The notes under the pieces were generated by a model. It was not told the origin of the DNA. It made no database searches and saw only the letters and a list, made by a program, of their open reading frames with translations. From Chrysomallon squamiferum (Eukaryota > Animalia > Mollusca), in assembly GCA_012295275.1 (NCBI GenBank), contig CM022670.1, forward strand, positions 10,788,001-10,852,000: 64,000 nucleotides of DNA, in the 5' to 3' direction. Below, in pieces: positions 26,455 through 39,020 of the stretch (positions are counted from its first letter, which is position 1; every line of letters starts with the position of its first letter). The translations under genes were made by a program, and so were the position numbers.

Positions 26455-29397
26455 AACAAGAATGCAACAAAAATTCAGAGAAAAATGAGCAGTATACATA
26501 TCTATATCTATGCTGTCTGATAAATTTTAAAAGATTTTGAGATTTATTAACAGCATGGTCTAAAAATTAATTATGTCCAGATTTTCTGTTAAAAACAGAT
26601 TATTTTTATTTTGTTTCCAGGTTCATCTTGGCTGGTTGTCCCAGTCCAAATATTCCTAATGACCCCTGCATTTCCCCTATGGAGGAGCTGACACTGTTGG
26701 AGACGCCCAAGAGAAAGAGTTCATGGCGACAGGCAATCTTCAACAAAGTTGTCACACCCATACAGATCTCAGAACATGACTCATTTTCCCGTACGTTTTA
26801 ACAATATTTACTAAATATCAAATTAAAATAACCACAATGTAGTAAAATGCATATTAATTATTAGACAGAATACTTGCAAATAATCTTTTATTGTTTGTCT
26901 TACATGACAAGTTTGTGAGCATGCATACATATACACACAACTCGGATGTAAATCATTAAGTTATATCTGACTTGAGAATTCTTCACTGTATTAGTAATAG
27001 AAAATTTTAAATCTACTCAAAATACAAAACATTTTAAGGTTTTTGCAGGAGGAAAATAAACAAGAATGTATTGATAAAAGGTAAACAATTATTTCAGAAA
27101 ATTATTTAATGAGTAAAAAAAAATGGATAAGATATTAAAATAATAAAATAATGTTGTAAATTATTGACGTGCATCTGGTTTATTTCCTTTTTTCATTTGT
27201 TCAGAAGATGCTGACACTGATAGAAGTAAGAGAAAAGAAAAATTAACCCCTTTTCAGCTAAGATGCCTGTGGAAAAAAGCCATTTTAGAAACACTGCTTC
27301 TTATCAGAATGGAGCGAGAGAATCACAATTTACAAGGTTTGTTGTTCACTTGCTAATCCTACTGCTTTTTCAGTAGTAATAGGATAAAGTTTATGATATT
27401 TACTCTTGATTGAAGGACATTTTTATATTTATAAATGCTTGATCGTTTTATGTAAATCACTTTCTCTTGTTACTATGAAACACTGATTTTGAATTTAGTA
27501 CAGCTTTGATTTAGTTATCTTTTGTCCAGGGAGTATCAAGGTTTACTAAAAACATCAAAAGAAACGGAAACATAAAAGTGTATTTGAATTGAAGATTTTG
27601 GTTGTTTATGAGGTGTCTAGATTTTCTTACACAACTTTCACAAGAAATATTGGCAATATTGTGGAGTAATATTGAAATGTTGTAGTTCAGTTAATATATT
27701 AAATGTTAGATTCAATTACAGCTTGTCTGATGAACAAACTAATCATTTCATTGGAGATGTTATCTGTCTTAACTAGGTGATACTTATATGTAGTTAAATT
27801 GGTAATATTAAACTTGTTTTGAAATTAATAGAGAAAAATAACAATGATAACAGTGTCTTTTATCCTTTATAATATATCACACGTGAATAATAAAAATAAT
27901 GTGTTAATAATAATAATACATTTCTTAATAACTTGCTTGAGAATATATCTCTTAGATGATAAGGAAAAGCCGATTTTCTTACATTTTGGTTTCACATTTT
28001 CAGGTACTTAATGAACTAATTACTTTATAAGCTTTGTTGAGATAAACATTGAATTCCTGTTTTTGAAATTGACATTTGAGAAGCAAAACACTTTATTTAC
28101 AGCAGTTTAAGATAAACAAATATTGATGTGTGAAAATGATGGTGCAACCAAACAGCTGAAATTCTGTGTTTATTACTTTTTCTTGTGATTGTTTCATTTG
28201 TTTCTGGATACCAGTTTGTCACTGAGTTAAACATGTCTTGATGAATTAATTCTTGTGTTCATGTTACATATTGCTAACAGTTCTATACAGCTGTTGTCTG
28301 CAGGTTTGCCTTATGTTATACCTCAGTTCCACACAACTGCTTTGTTAATGCACATATTACCTGGATGTCACCCTCTTTGAAGGTCTAAAATTACAGGTCT
28401 ATTTCTTCCAATAATTAAAAAAATATTAAAAATATTTAAAAAAAAGAAAAAACAGCAAAAAAATAAATAAATAAAAAAAATGTATATATATATAGTCAGA
28501 TCAGGGGAAAAAAAAAAAATCATATATATTAAAGAAAATTATATTCTGTTGATATCATTAAACAAAATAAACTTTAGGTTTTATCAGTTGATAAACTGCT
28601 GTGAGATATCAAGTGAACAAAAAGAAAAGCATTGAATTTTAACACCTCATATCTCAATCAAATTTTGATTTTGGTTTACCCCATACAAAACCTTCCAGGG
28701 ACAGTAACTTGAAATATTGTCCAATAAAGGACAGTGTCCATGTCTTTAATAAAATGTTTTACAAAGATTCAAAAGGTGGTTTTTGACATACAAAATGTTA
28801 AGTTTAGTGCATATTCTTGGCTGGAGGGTAGGGCTTTGATACCTGTAATCATTAGTATTCATCAGGCTTTGATATATATCTCAAGTCAGATTTTATTTTA
28901 TCACGGCTTTTATGTTTCGATACATGTATCTTTAGACTTAAGTTAATCTGATTTGCTTTTAGTCCATATATATTTAGATATTTACATGTTTTTCTTTTTT
29001 ATGAAGTAGCTTTAATATGTGTATCTTTAGAATTCTTTTTATTGAGTTTTGCACACATCTTTTCAGCTGGTTCAGCCACACCAGGTACACCTTTCTAGAA
29101 CTGTAGACAGTTTTAACATCATGGTGATGGGTTACGTTATAGCAGTTAATTCATGCATTAAGCTGTCACAGCATGGCTTTTTATTGCTTCATTTTTTGGA
29201 ATATAATAAACCGTATTATTTTATTTATCAATTTTTTATTTTTTTATTTTTTTTTTTTAATCTGAAGATGATTCAACTTAACCACTGCTGATCAGGCATC
29301 ATCAAAAGGCTTAGCATAATTTCTAATTTCCATATTATTAATTTGACAGTATAGTACTGATTAAATAATCAGACAGATACATGTATATTTTATTTTA

Positions 29398-29428
<31 letters not shown>

Positions 29429-29440
29429 TTATATTAAGTC

Positions 29441-29526
<86 letters not shown>

Positions 29527-32500
29527 GCAGAAAAATTGCTTGTTAGCCATATTTCAGAAACACCAGATCAGTTGTGGTCAGCCTGTAAGTAAATACATAA
29601 TTATGTAAGATCTGTTAATATCATGATTTAGCTTATCAACATCAAAGTTAACATGGCTGGAAGAAATAACTGGTGATAATGATAAATTATTCTGCTTGCT
29701 TGCTCATGTATTCCATAGTCATTAACAATTAATTTGTAGCCAGTCAAATATTAAACAGTATATATTAAAAATAATTTAATTTGTAAAAGAGGTTTGACCC
29801 AATATGTTCTTTACAAGTATGTTGAAAGTTAATGAAAACTTGACAGTGATTGTGAAAATGCAGCAATATTGGCTGAATTTGAATTTGAATGTATGTGTGA
29901 TTTGTTATTGATTTGTAACCATAAATTTTATTTAGATGACCTGACCATTTCTGTTAAATATCTTGGTTCATTTTTTTTATTTTCTTTAAATCTTTCTTTT
30001 TGAAAAGTTTTTAAAACGTTTATTTTTCATAATTTTTGAATATTTCTATCTCTACCTCTTTTTTTTTTTCCTCTTCTTTATTATAATTTAAATTTTCTAT
30101 CATGATTTTTTAATAATATTTTCCTCTGTTAGCAATATACATACACACACTTTGGACATCAAAAGGGACATTGGTGACATTGGGGGAATCCATTGAATGG
30201 GTTACATGATAAAATGTAATCCAGCAGAATGTTAATCTTAATACTAATCTTGACTAATAAAACAGGTTAAGCATAACAGTTCTGGCATTGGTAAATGTAT
30301 GTCATAGTCTGCAATATATTACACTGTTGAGAGAAAATGTTAGGTAAATATACATTTCATGTTTGTAAGTATAGTTTCTCTGCCCTGTGTGTTCATAAAA
30401 AATATATTGACTGAGATATAATCATTATATATATTGTATCTATGAAAAAAAAAAAAAAAAAAATCTGTGGTAAATATGAAATCCAAATTTGTTATTGTTT
30501 CTTTAATTTGTAATGGGAAATATATTTTTTTAAAAGCCAAAACATTTTATGTGATTATGTATGTTTCATCAAGTTGGTATATTTTATATTAATGTTTTGT
30601 TTTTTTACTGAATTGAAAAGAAAAAAGAAAGAAAAAGAAACATGGGTATAGTTTGAAACAGTGATTAAAAAAAATGTTTCGCTTGTTTTTATTTATTTAT
30701 TTATTCATTTTCACGCAGTAACATTAATAGTGCACATGGGGATGTAATTAGTTACAGGATCAGTATCACTTTGTGCTCTTTTATGTTTATTTTAGTCTAA
30801 TCCTTGCCCAAATTGTAGTTTTTTTAAAACATTACTGTATGTCCTGTTTCTTACTCCATCGACACTGATGTTTGTAAGTTACAGCTGAATTCTGAATTCT
30901 GAATTCTCATGTTTTGAAGTGAGCCAAGTAATAATTAATGTATGTAGTGTGTCTGCACAATGATATTTAACTAGGAACTTTATCTTAATACGGGGCTGTT
31001 TCTTATGCAGTGGCCCTCATGTTAACTCAGATGTTTTACATAATTGTTCTTTTTTAACTGATTCTCAGTAAACTCTGATGTAGTAATAGGATAATTGAAT
31101 TTGTCTAAGTGCTAGGCTTTGTTTTCTTACTGTATGTCTGTTATATAGATAATGTTTTACCTCAGTGTTATTAATCATCTTAAACCTGGTACTTTGTCTT
31201 AACACTAGACTGTGTTGCCGAATGGCTGTTATTTAGATAATACTGAGTATTAATAATCATATTAAACTTGGTACTTTGTCTTAATGCTTCTTCTTGCCAA
31301 ATGGCTCTGCTATTTAGATAATGCTTTCAACTGAGTATTAACAATCATATTAAACTATTTTAATGCTAGGCTAGTTGTTACTGAATCCTCTGCTATTTAG
31401 ATAATGTTTTGAACTGAGTATTAACAATCATATTAAACTAGGTACTTTGTCTTAATGCTAGGCTATTTCGTTCTGTATGGATCACATTCAGTAGTGTTGT
31501 TCAAAGGTAAGCAAAATGTTAATTAGGTTTGGTGTCTCCATTTGTTTACCTTTCATATTAATAGTTCCTTGGTTGAGTTTAGAATGTACAATTTTAAAAT
31601 GTACATGTAAATAAAAATTTCTTTTGCTTTTTTTAACCTGTCTTCCTTTTAATATATCATTTTTCAAACTTCTATCATTTTTAATTGTAGAATATTACTT
31701 TTTAAACATTTTTGTGTCAGTTTTTAATTTTAATTTCTTTTTCATTTCTATATTTTTAGCTTATTACAATACATGTAGTTAGCTGAATAGAATTTTCTGA
31801 ATGTTTCAAGAATAAATTTTAATATGTGACTTCAAAAATAGCTTTAAATTGTATTAATAATAGTAGTAAAATTCACTGAAGTCAAATTTTATTGTATTTG
31901 TTTGAAACATTAATGTTTAGCCATATTTTGCATTAAGTGACTGAAAACATTTAAACACACTATGCAAACAAATGTACAAACAAACATACACACCTACCCA
32001 TACATCTACCCACACATATACACCCACACACAAATAACTGTTAGACACAGCATTAAAACTGAAACGATGCAAGATTGACTAAACTGCTCTTAATTACATT
32101 ATTTTCATTTATGCTGCAAATTGTGATGCAATATATATATATTTTTAAAAGTTACAGTTACTATGAAATATAAAGACAAGGTGGTTGTTGTAAGCTATGT
32201 GTTCTGTATGTAGACTCATTCTTGGAATAGATGTAGCTTAGAAAATCTAACTTCAGTCAAAGATTTTTTTTTTTTTTTTTTCTCACTTCTTTAAAAATGT
32301 TTTCAGGTAGTAACCTCCCTTGGTGATAGCTCTTATCTGCTTGTTCAGGATTTTTCTTTTCTGTTAACCATTTGTTGTCCCAGATTTGTCTTATCTGTTG
32401 TCATAGAAATGTGCGCCTCTTCAATTATTAATTACTGTTTTATTTGACACAATATTTTAATCCAGACTAATTTAGTAATTCATCCGTTAATGTTTTTGAT

Positions 32501-34134
32501 ATATACATGGTAATAAGTACAATTCTTTATTGTCTTCAGAAATTACACATCTTAAATGTTAAGGAATTTTCTCATATTTGTTAGAATTGTTATTACTACT
32601 ATTACATTCATTATTACTATTAACATTGTACTGTTGTTGTTATTATTATTAATATTATTATATTTACATTGATACTGCTATTAGTTTTATAATCATTATT
32701 ATTACAACTGTTGTTATTCATGTTAATATTTTTACGTACAAAACATTTTATCACATTATTTAACTGATTCCATTTTATTTTTAAAACATTTAATATTAAT
32801 CATCTGGAGTTTTAATGCATTATTATTATTATGATGATGATGATGATGATAATGTTTATTATTATTATTATTATTATTTGATTTTTATTTTTATTTTGTT
32901 TTTGTTTTTTTTTTTTTTTTCATTTTATGTATTGACAGGCTGATATTATTTACTTTTAAAAATAAAAATAAAAATAATAAAAAATATAATAATAAAAATG
33001 AATGGGTAATTAATTCCTGTTCGTTATCTTGTGTTATTTAAAACTGTTTGAATACTGCAGCTCGCCAGGATGCTATAGAACAGCAGCGCAGGAAGACTGA
33101 CTATCAGGAGATAACTCCATGTCTGAAAGAGGTAACCAAAACATGGGACGAGCTCTTGAATGTACCTCAGCGTGACCAGACTAAGATTTCAAGTAAAACC
33201 ATTGAAGAGTGCGTGAAAAAGGGTAAGAAAATGACCTAAATAGATTATTATACAAGTTAATGTCTATTAATGTATGCTTACAGTAATTTAGAACATGTTT
33301 AAAGCAGATTACTGTTTTTAATATAAATTATATAGTAATTTAGAACATGCACCAATTTAGATTGTTTTTAAAATATTAATTTAGATTATATTTTTAATAT
33401 AAAATTATCATAATTTAGTACATGTGCTCTGATACAGATTACTGTTTTTAATATGTTACAGTGTTCTGGAAGATACCTTGATTTAGAGTATTACATTTTT
33501 AACATGAATTATAGTAATTAAGAACATACATTTTTTATTTATATTACTGTTTTTAAAATAATAATTTAGAAGACATTTTAAATTACATTTTTAATATTAA
33601 GTTGTAACAATATTGGCCATTTCACAGTTTGTATTAACCAAACTAGTGAAAATACATTCAAGCTCTTTTCAAAGCGCTGAACTTAATACAAACTTATGTA
33701 CCACAAGAAGCTGCAAAAATAAATTCAATAAATAAAATTTTCTGCATAAAACAACAATTTCACCTTGAATTCTCTATTTACTACATACTGAATCTGGTGA
33801 TTGTAGAACAGAAATTGTTAATGTAACTGATTTCAATGTCAGGAGTTCCGCGGTGTTACAGAGGAGAGATCTGGAAGCTGCTGATAGAACAGCACAAACT
33901 GAACAACCCGATGTCAGAATCGGAGGCGATTCCTGAAACACCATACAGCGACCTGCTGAGACAGCTCACCACCCACCAGCACGCCATTCTCATTGATCTC
34001 GGTATGTTCACCATCAAACACGTTCTTTAGTTTTATAAGCCTCGTTTCTCAATCTTATTTGTGTGTTTAAAACTCTTCTTCAGTTTCATACATCTTGGTG
34101 TTTCATTTCATTAATTTTGTTTCATTCATTTAAT

Positions 34135-34165
<31 letters not shown>

Positions 34166-37100
34166 TTTTATTTACTACTTGTTTAATACATCTTGTTTCA
34201 TTTTATTTAATTTTTTTTATTTAAGACTGTTTTCTTTAGTTTTTATACACCTTGATGCTTCATTTTATTTATTTATTTAAAAATATTAGTATTTAATTTT
34301 ATTTATTTGTTTCTTCATTTTTTTTTTTTTTTTTTTTTATCATTATTATAGTATAATATGTTATAGAATATAAACATTAAAATTATAATTCAGTTTACAA
34401 ATAAAACAGTCAAACTTAATAATTAAAAAATTATCCATTCATCCTTTCATTTCTTCATTCATCTGTGTCTCTCCGTGTCTTTCTTTATTGATTTTTGGAC
34501 ATCTTTACTTTCTTAAATTATATTAATAAAAAAAATTAACCTGTCTTTGCAGGCCGTACATTTCCAAGTCATCCGTATTTCTCAGCACAGCTGGGCAATG
34601 GTCAGTTAGAGCTGTTTAACCTGCTGAAGGCTTACAGTCTGCTGGACGAGGAGGTTGGGTACTGCCAGGGACTCAGTTTTGTTGTAGGGGTTCTCTTGAT
34701 GCATGTAAGTTTACATTTGAACAGTTTATTTATTTATTTTTTTGGGGGGGGGCTATTTTTCATTCATTTAAAAATATATAACAGTTTACAAAGTTTTCTT
34801 AAATATTCATTCACTTCAAAAAAAAAAAAATAATAATAAAAAACAGACATTTTTATAGCCAAGGATTTGACGTTTATTTACAGTTTGTATTGTAACTTTG
34901 GGAAATTTTAAAATGGTAAAAGATGAATATAAAGATGAATATGAATCTTAGCCCAGCTTAGGTCTCAATAATTTTGTATTTATTTTTGTAGATGGATGAG
35001 TCAGATGCCTTTGAAACTCTGAAATATCTGATGTTTAGGTACGGTCTTCAGAAACAGTACAGACCTAACATGACTGCATTACAGGTAAAATATTCAATCA
35101 GTTGTTTGTTGTTTTTTTTTTTCAATGATAAGTATTTTACTGTGTTTTCTTTATCTTTATAAAAATAATTTTTCTTATTCACAAACACTGTTTAACTCTT
35201 TTTTAAATTTTATTTTTGGTACATTATTGTTTTATATAAATAAAATAAATACCAAATGATTCATTAGATTTGTAGGCAATATACAAATTGTGTATATTTA
35301 TTTTATTTGAATACAGTTAAACAGTGCACCTGACCGATACTGTTTTTATAATCCTCTGCATAATTTCTATTCTGTTTACATAATATTTTTATATATATAT
35401 ATATTTGAATACTTCTTAATTTATTATCTCTTTTTAAATACATTTTTATTTAGTTAATATTATACCAGTTGACTTGATTGCCTTTTACATTTCAACTCTA
35501 TGTATTTCATACATATAATTTTTACTATCAAAATTATTCTAGTTAATTCTCAGTTAGACCATTTTTCTTTCTTTTTTCTTGTTATTTTTTGTTTAGATCA
35601 AGTTACACCAGTTCACGTGATTGCCTTTATTTTTTATATCTCTGTGAACTTTTGATAATGATTTTGTTAGCTAACTTTCCAACTCATACAGCTATAATTT
35701 TTTATCATCTGACTTTAATTATTTTTAAATTTTTGTTCAGATAAAGTTATACCAGTTGACCCGTTTGATTCACGACCACTACCGAGATCTGTACGATCAC
35801 TTTGAGCGACATGAAATAGCACCCACCCTGTACGCCGCGCCTTGGTTTCTCACCCTGTTTGCATCACAGTTTCCACTCGGTTTTGTTGCCCGATGTTTTG
35901 GTCAGTTCTTCACCTCAGAAATATTATTTTGTTTTGTTTGTTATCAGCATGGCTGAGAATATTTATTTTTATTTTCACAATTTTCAAAATTTCTTGGTTT
36001 TTTTCTTCTTTTTTTTTTCGTTTTTTAAAAATTGTTTATTGGCATTTCTGGGTTGTTTTTTTGATGTTGTTGTTCAATGGGAGGTCCTCATAATTTGTAA
36101 AAATAAAAAAATTTGTTCATGAAAGCGTTAGTAAATCATTAAAAAGACCTTGTGTATCTAATGAAACAGGTTTTATCTGACAAACATATTAGAAAATGAA
36201 CAAATTTGACTTGAGTAAAAACAGTGATAGAAAATTAATCCATATTCACTCTTGGTGCTGAAATATAACATTAATCTTTTATACTTTTTTAAATTTTATT
36301 TATAATATCTCTTCATTAAAAAATGCTTGCTCTGAACAAAAGTTTAACTTTTTTGCCTTTCACAGATATGATCTTTATTCAAGGCATTGATGCCATATTT
36401 AAAATTTCACTGCTGTTACTCGGCAACCATCGAGAACTGATAATGCACTGTGATTCGTTTGAGTCGATTGTTGAGTTTTTGAAGACAACTTTGCCTGACA
36501 TGGTTCATGTTCAGATGGAGAGAATTATTAGCCAGGTAAACAAATTTCTGATTTCTTTCACCTTGGCATACCTGTAACACACAAGCGATAAATAACATTC
36601 TGTACTTCCAAGTGAATTTTTTCTTTATCTGTGATGTGTCAAACTGTTGGCATAAATGCAATTAATATTACTCAAAAATGATTCTTTATGTTGCTTGGAT
36701 TAAGTTTTTGCTAAAAATAAAGTAACATGATACTAGATATACCCAAAAAATTTAGTAATAAAAAAAAAATAATAAGATTATAAAGAGAGAAATTTGTAAA
36801 GCTAGTATATTCATAGTGGCATGTTTTTTACAGTTTTAATTTATAAATGAATTAAATGATTAATATATTTACCTTTCTCTGTCAACTAATAGTTGATGTA
36901 ATTCTGTATTGTTTTATTCATGATCTTTTATCAGGATTATATTTGAATTATTAAAATGAATAAGAACATAATGTTCTATAGGATTTTAAAATTATTTAGG
37001 TGCTTTTGTTTTCAGTGTTTATACAAACTGTTAACAGAACGAGTTTTATCCACTGCAGTATTTACACTGTTTATATTATTTTCACTGTTTATATTATTTT

Positions 37101-37621
37101 CATCACAGGCGTTTGAAATGGATGTCGCCAAAGAGCTGCAGGCATACGAGGTTGAATACCACGTCCTGCGCGAAGAGATGATGTATTCACCGCAACGCAG
37201 TGACACAGCTGCCGTCAGCAAACTGGAGAACATCAACCGATCACTGCGACAGCAGAACATGGAGCTGCTGGAAAGACTGCAGCAGACCAACAATCACCTG
37301 CACAGCTTGGAGCTGAACATTCACACTCACCAGGCCAACGAGACCAAACTGAAGTCTCACATCCGCACCCTCGAACTGGAGCGCTCCGCCCTGCTCAACG
37401 CGGTCAGCAAACTGAGGCGGAGCGTCCCCGAGGAGAAGCTGGAGAAACTGGAGCTGTCGCTGCCAGCATTCACACCTTCGCTTCCCACCAGTCCCATGTC
37501 CAACCTGACCAACAACAGACTTCAGACTGAAAACCTGAATAACCAACGAATCAGTGAAACACCACTGAACGATAATCACAATAGTGAACTTGGAAAACCA
37601 ACCAAACCTCCTGCTAGTTGA
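1..37621 (+). CDS. TBC1D1: TBC1 domain family member 1/4-like Rab GTPase-activating protein (AS160/pollux-like; 2 PTB domains + TBC domain + C-terminal coiled coil); 5' end may lie outside the window
   Basis: Phase-consistent GT-AG exons: <1-386 (frame open back to the window edge; ATG at 57), 12831-13622, 15553-15672, 20079-20229, 20584-20675, 23012-23137, 25343-25444, 25786-25869, 26048-26298, 26621-26790, 27205-27336, 33061-33222, 33843-34001, 34553-34704, 34992-35084, 35741-35900, 36366-36535, 37109-37621; about 1252 aa from ATG 57. Family motifs: PWVMAEIRR (PTB1), [34 protein letters not shown]...[21 protein letters not shown] catalytic IDLGRT (Arg finger) and GYCQG (Gln finger), [31 protein letters not shown]. 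Probably a co-orthologue of vertebrate TBC1D1 and TBC1D4. Confidence 0.95.
5740..6300 (+). repeat. Degenerate direct duplication (about 350-bp period), part of which recurs at about 3370-3420
   Basis: CCCAAACACACC...AAATATCAACAGCTGACAGTAAAACATG...TGTTACCTCAACAGG...TGCACATG occurs at about 5748-5858 and 6102-6209. TTGTACAGGTCATTGGCCAT.GCAAT.TTGTACTGT occurs at about 3372 and 5878. Confidence 0.8.
7311..7425 (+). promoter_or_regulatory. Candidate internal promoter and non-coding alternative first exon of the TBC1D1/4 gene
   Basis: TATATAAAGG at 7311-7320 follows a CpG-containing, GATA-motif-rich stretch (about 7100-7310). An ATG-free segment then ends at a GAA|GTAAGT donor at 7420. Confidence 0.35.
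10362..10412. repeat. (TG)n microsatellite
   Basis: Direct inspection. Confidence 0.95.
14438..14765 (+). repeat. Intronic minisatellite, 48-bp unit, about 7 copies
   Basis: Unit approximately GTATGTGTAACATTATACTGTTAACATTTATTGTAGTAAACCTGTCTA. It gives the 16-aa periodicity seen in ORF 14440-14904. Confidence 0.9.
15774..16050 (+). repeat. Intronic minisatellite, about 44-bp unit, 6-7 copies
   Basis: Unit approximately GATATTTGTCTAAGAAGGTGATTGTAAGATACTCTAGAATCTGG, starting about 100 bp after the donor at 15673. Confidence 0.9.
24400..24600 (+). repeat. GT-rich low-complexity tandem repeat (about 26-bp unit GGGTAGGTGAGTATGTGGGTGGTTTT)
   Basis: About three near-identical copies at 24485-24555 sit within a longer G/T-rich tract. 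Confidence 0.8.
26371..26449. repeat. (TC)n microsatellite
   Basis: Direct inspection. Confidence 0.95.
29401..29524. repeat. Compound (CA)n/(TG)n/(AG)n microsatellite
   Basis: Direct inspection. Confidence 0.95.
31105..31475 (+). repeat. Intronic degenerate minisatellite, about 70-90-bp unit, 4-5 copies
   Basis: Recurrent ...TATTTAGATAATG...CTGAGTATTAACAATCATATTAAACT.GGTACTTTGTCTTAATGCTAGGCT... Confidence 0.85.
33280..33600 (+). repeat. Degenerate intronic tandem repeat (about 50-60 bp)
   Basis: Recurrent TAGTAATTTAGAACATG...AGATTACTGTTTTTAATAT just downstream of the donor at 33223. Confidence 0.7.
35300..35760 (+). repeat. 143-bp-period tandem duplication of the TBC exon-16 acceptor plus exon start
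   Basis: Exon-start homologues lie at 35311, 35454 (tttag|TTAATATTATACCAGTTGAC) and 35597 (tttag|ATCAAGTTACACCAGTTCAC). The real start is 35741 (ttcag|ATAAAGTTATACCAGTTGAC). Confidence 0.8.
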
Positions 37622-38619
37622 TAAATTTATAGATGTATATATATATATTTTTTAAATGTTTTTTCTTTTTTTATATTTCCTTTTATTATTTTTATTTTTT
37701 TGCAAATTTCTCAAAACAACCATTCTGAGAGATGCTTTGTAAAAGAAAACGTGGTGTGTGGTTATTAAAAAAAAGAGTCGATTACTGCTGTAAAAAATTG
37801 TTTTTTTTTTAATTGTTTTTGTGTTGGATGTGTTTGTTACACAGAGGAAATCTGTTTATTTTTGTTCTGTTGCTGAGAGGAGAACTCTGCGACTTGTTGA
37901 TTTGAATTTGAAACATGTCACTGTTTTAATGTTGAACCCTACGTGGGTTACCTGTGTCCATCACCTGCGTCCATCACCTGCACAACGAGAGGTCATGAAG
38001 TTTGTCATTCCACATCTTGTACTGCTGTATTCCTCTTTTAGTGCTACGTTTTGTTAGTCATACTGTTTAAAAACAAAAGTAATTTTTTAATGTGTTATTA
38101 CTGGAACAATGAAGCTATTGTTATGACAGCATATAATTATGCTTTTTGGTATAAATGGTTATAGATATTACTGTAAATTTGTTTTAAAAAGTTGGTAGCA
38201 GTAACAAATTATTATTTGTAATATCAGTTATGTAGCCCATGCATTCGTTTTGTCTGCACCAACACATTACACTTGAATAAAGAGATAAAAAAAAAAAAGA
38301 AGTAAACAGAAAAAGATTGGTAAATGTTCTACATCCAGGCTTTGTTCATGTTAGGATACATATGAATATTTGTATGTGCATTGTTACATTTTCACTAAAA
38401 TATTGTTTTATCTTTGTAAAGTTTGTTTCATTTAACTGAGATGTGGTATATCAATGTCTGATTTTTTTTTTTTTTTTTTTTTTGGTTTTATATTTGGTTT
38501 TCAGACAGTATTGAAACCAGAATACTCAAGTTTTGTACTCGCTTTTGTCCAAGATAATTTTAAAAATCTTGTTTTAGTGGTGAATATTAAAAAAATGTAA
38601 AAATTTGAAATGTTTTGTA

Positions 38620-39020
38620 ATTGGTCAGTTCATTATCACAGCAACTGAATTCTGCAGAATAATTAGTAGTGAAATTGAAGAAATGATAAATTTTATTTTA
38701 AGTTAATGCCCTTTTCCTGTTTTAACATTTCTACAGAATCATTTATTCCACTTACAAAATATGCACACTGTTAGATATCAAATTTTACTTCACAACATAA
38801 TATTATTCAGACTTGTGTATTTTGTGTGGTGTTGGTTGTATCTAGTCGGTTAAAGTAAAACTGCCATAATCAAATATTTTGCATAATAAATATCATTTGA
38901 TAATCTTCTAATGCTCATAAAATTTCATAATTGGCATTTGTCAGTTCATTATCATAGAAACAGAATTCTGCAAGTATAATAAATATTAATGAAGATATAG
39001 AAATCATAGTTTATTTCACT
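38620..39020 (+). repeat. Degenerate direct repeat in the putative TBC1D1/4 3' UTR
   Basis: GTCAGTTCATTATCA.AG.AAC.GAATTCTGCA at about 38624 and 38940. Confidence 0.7.
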
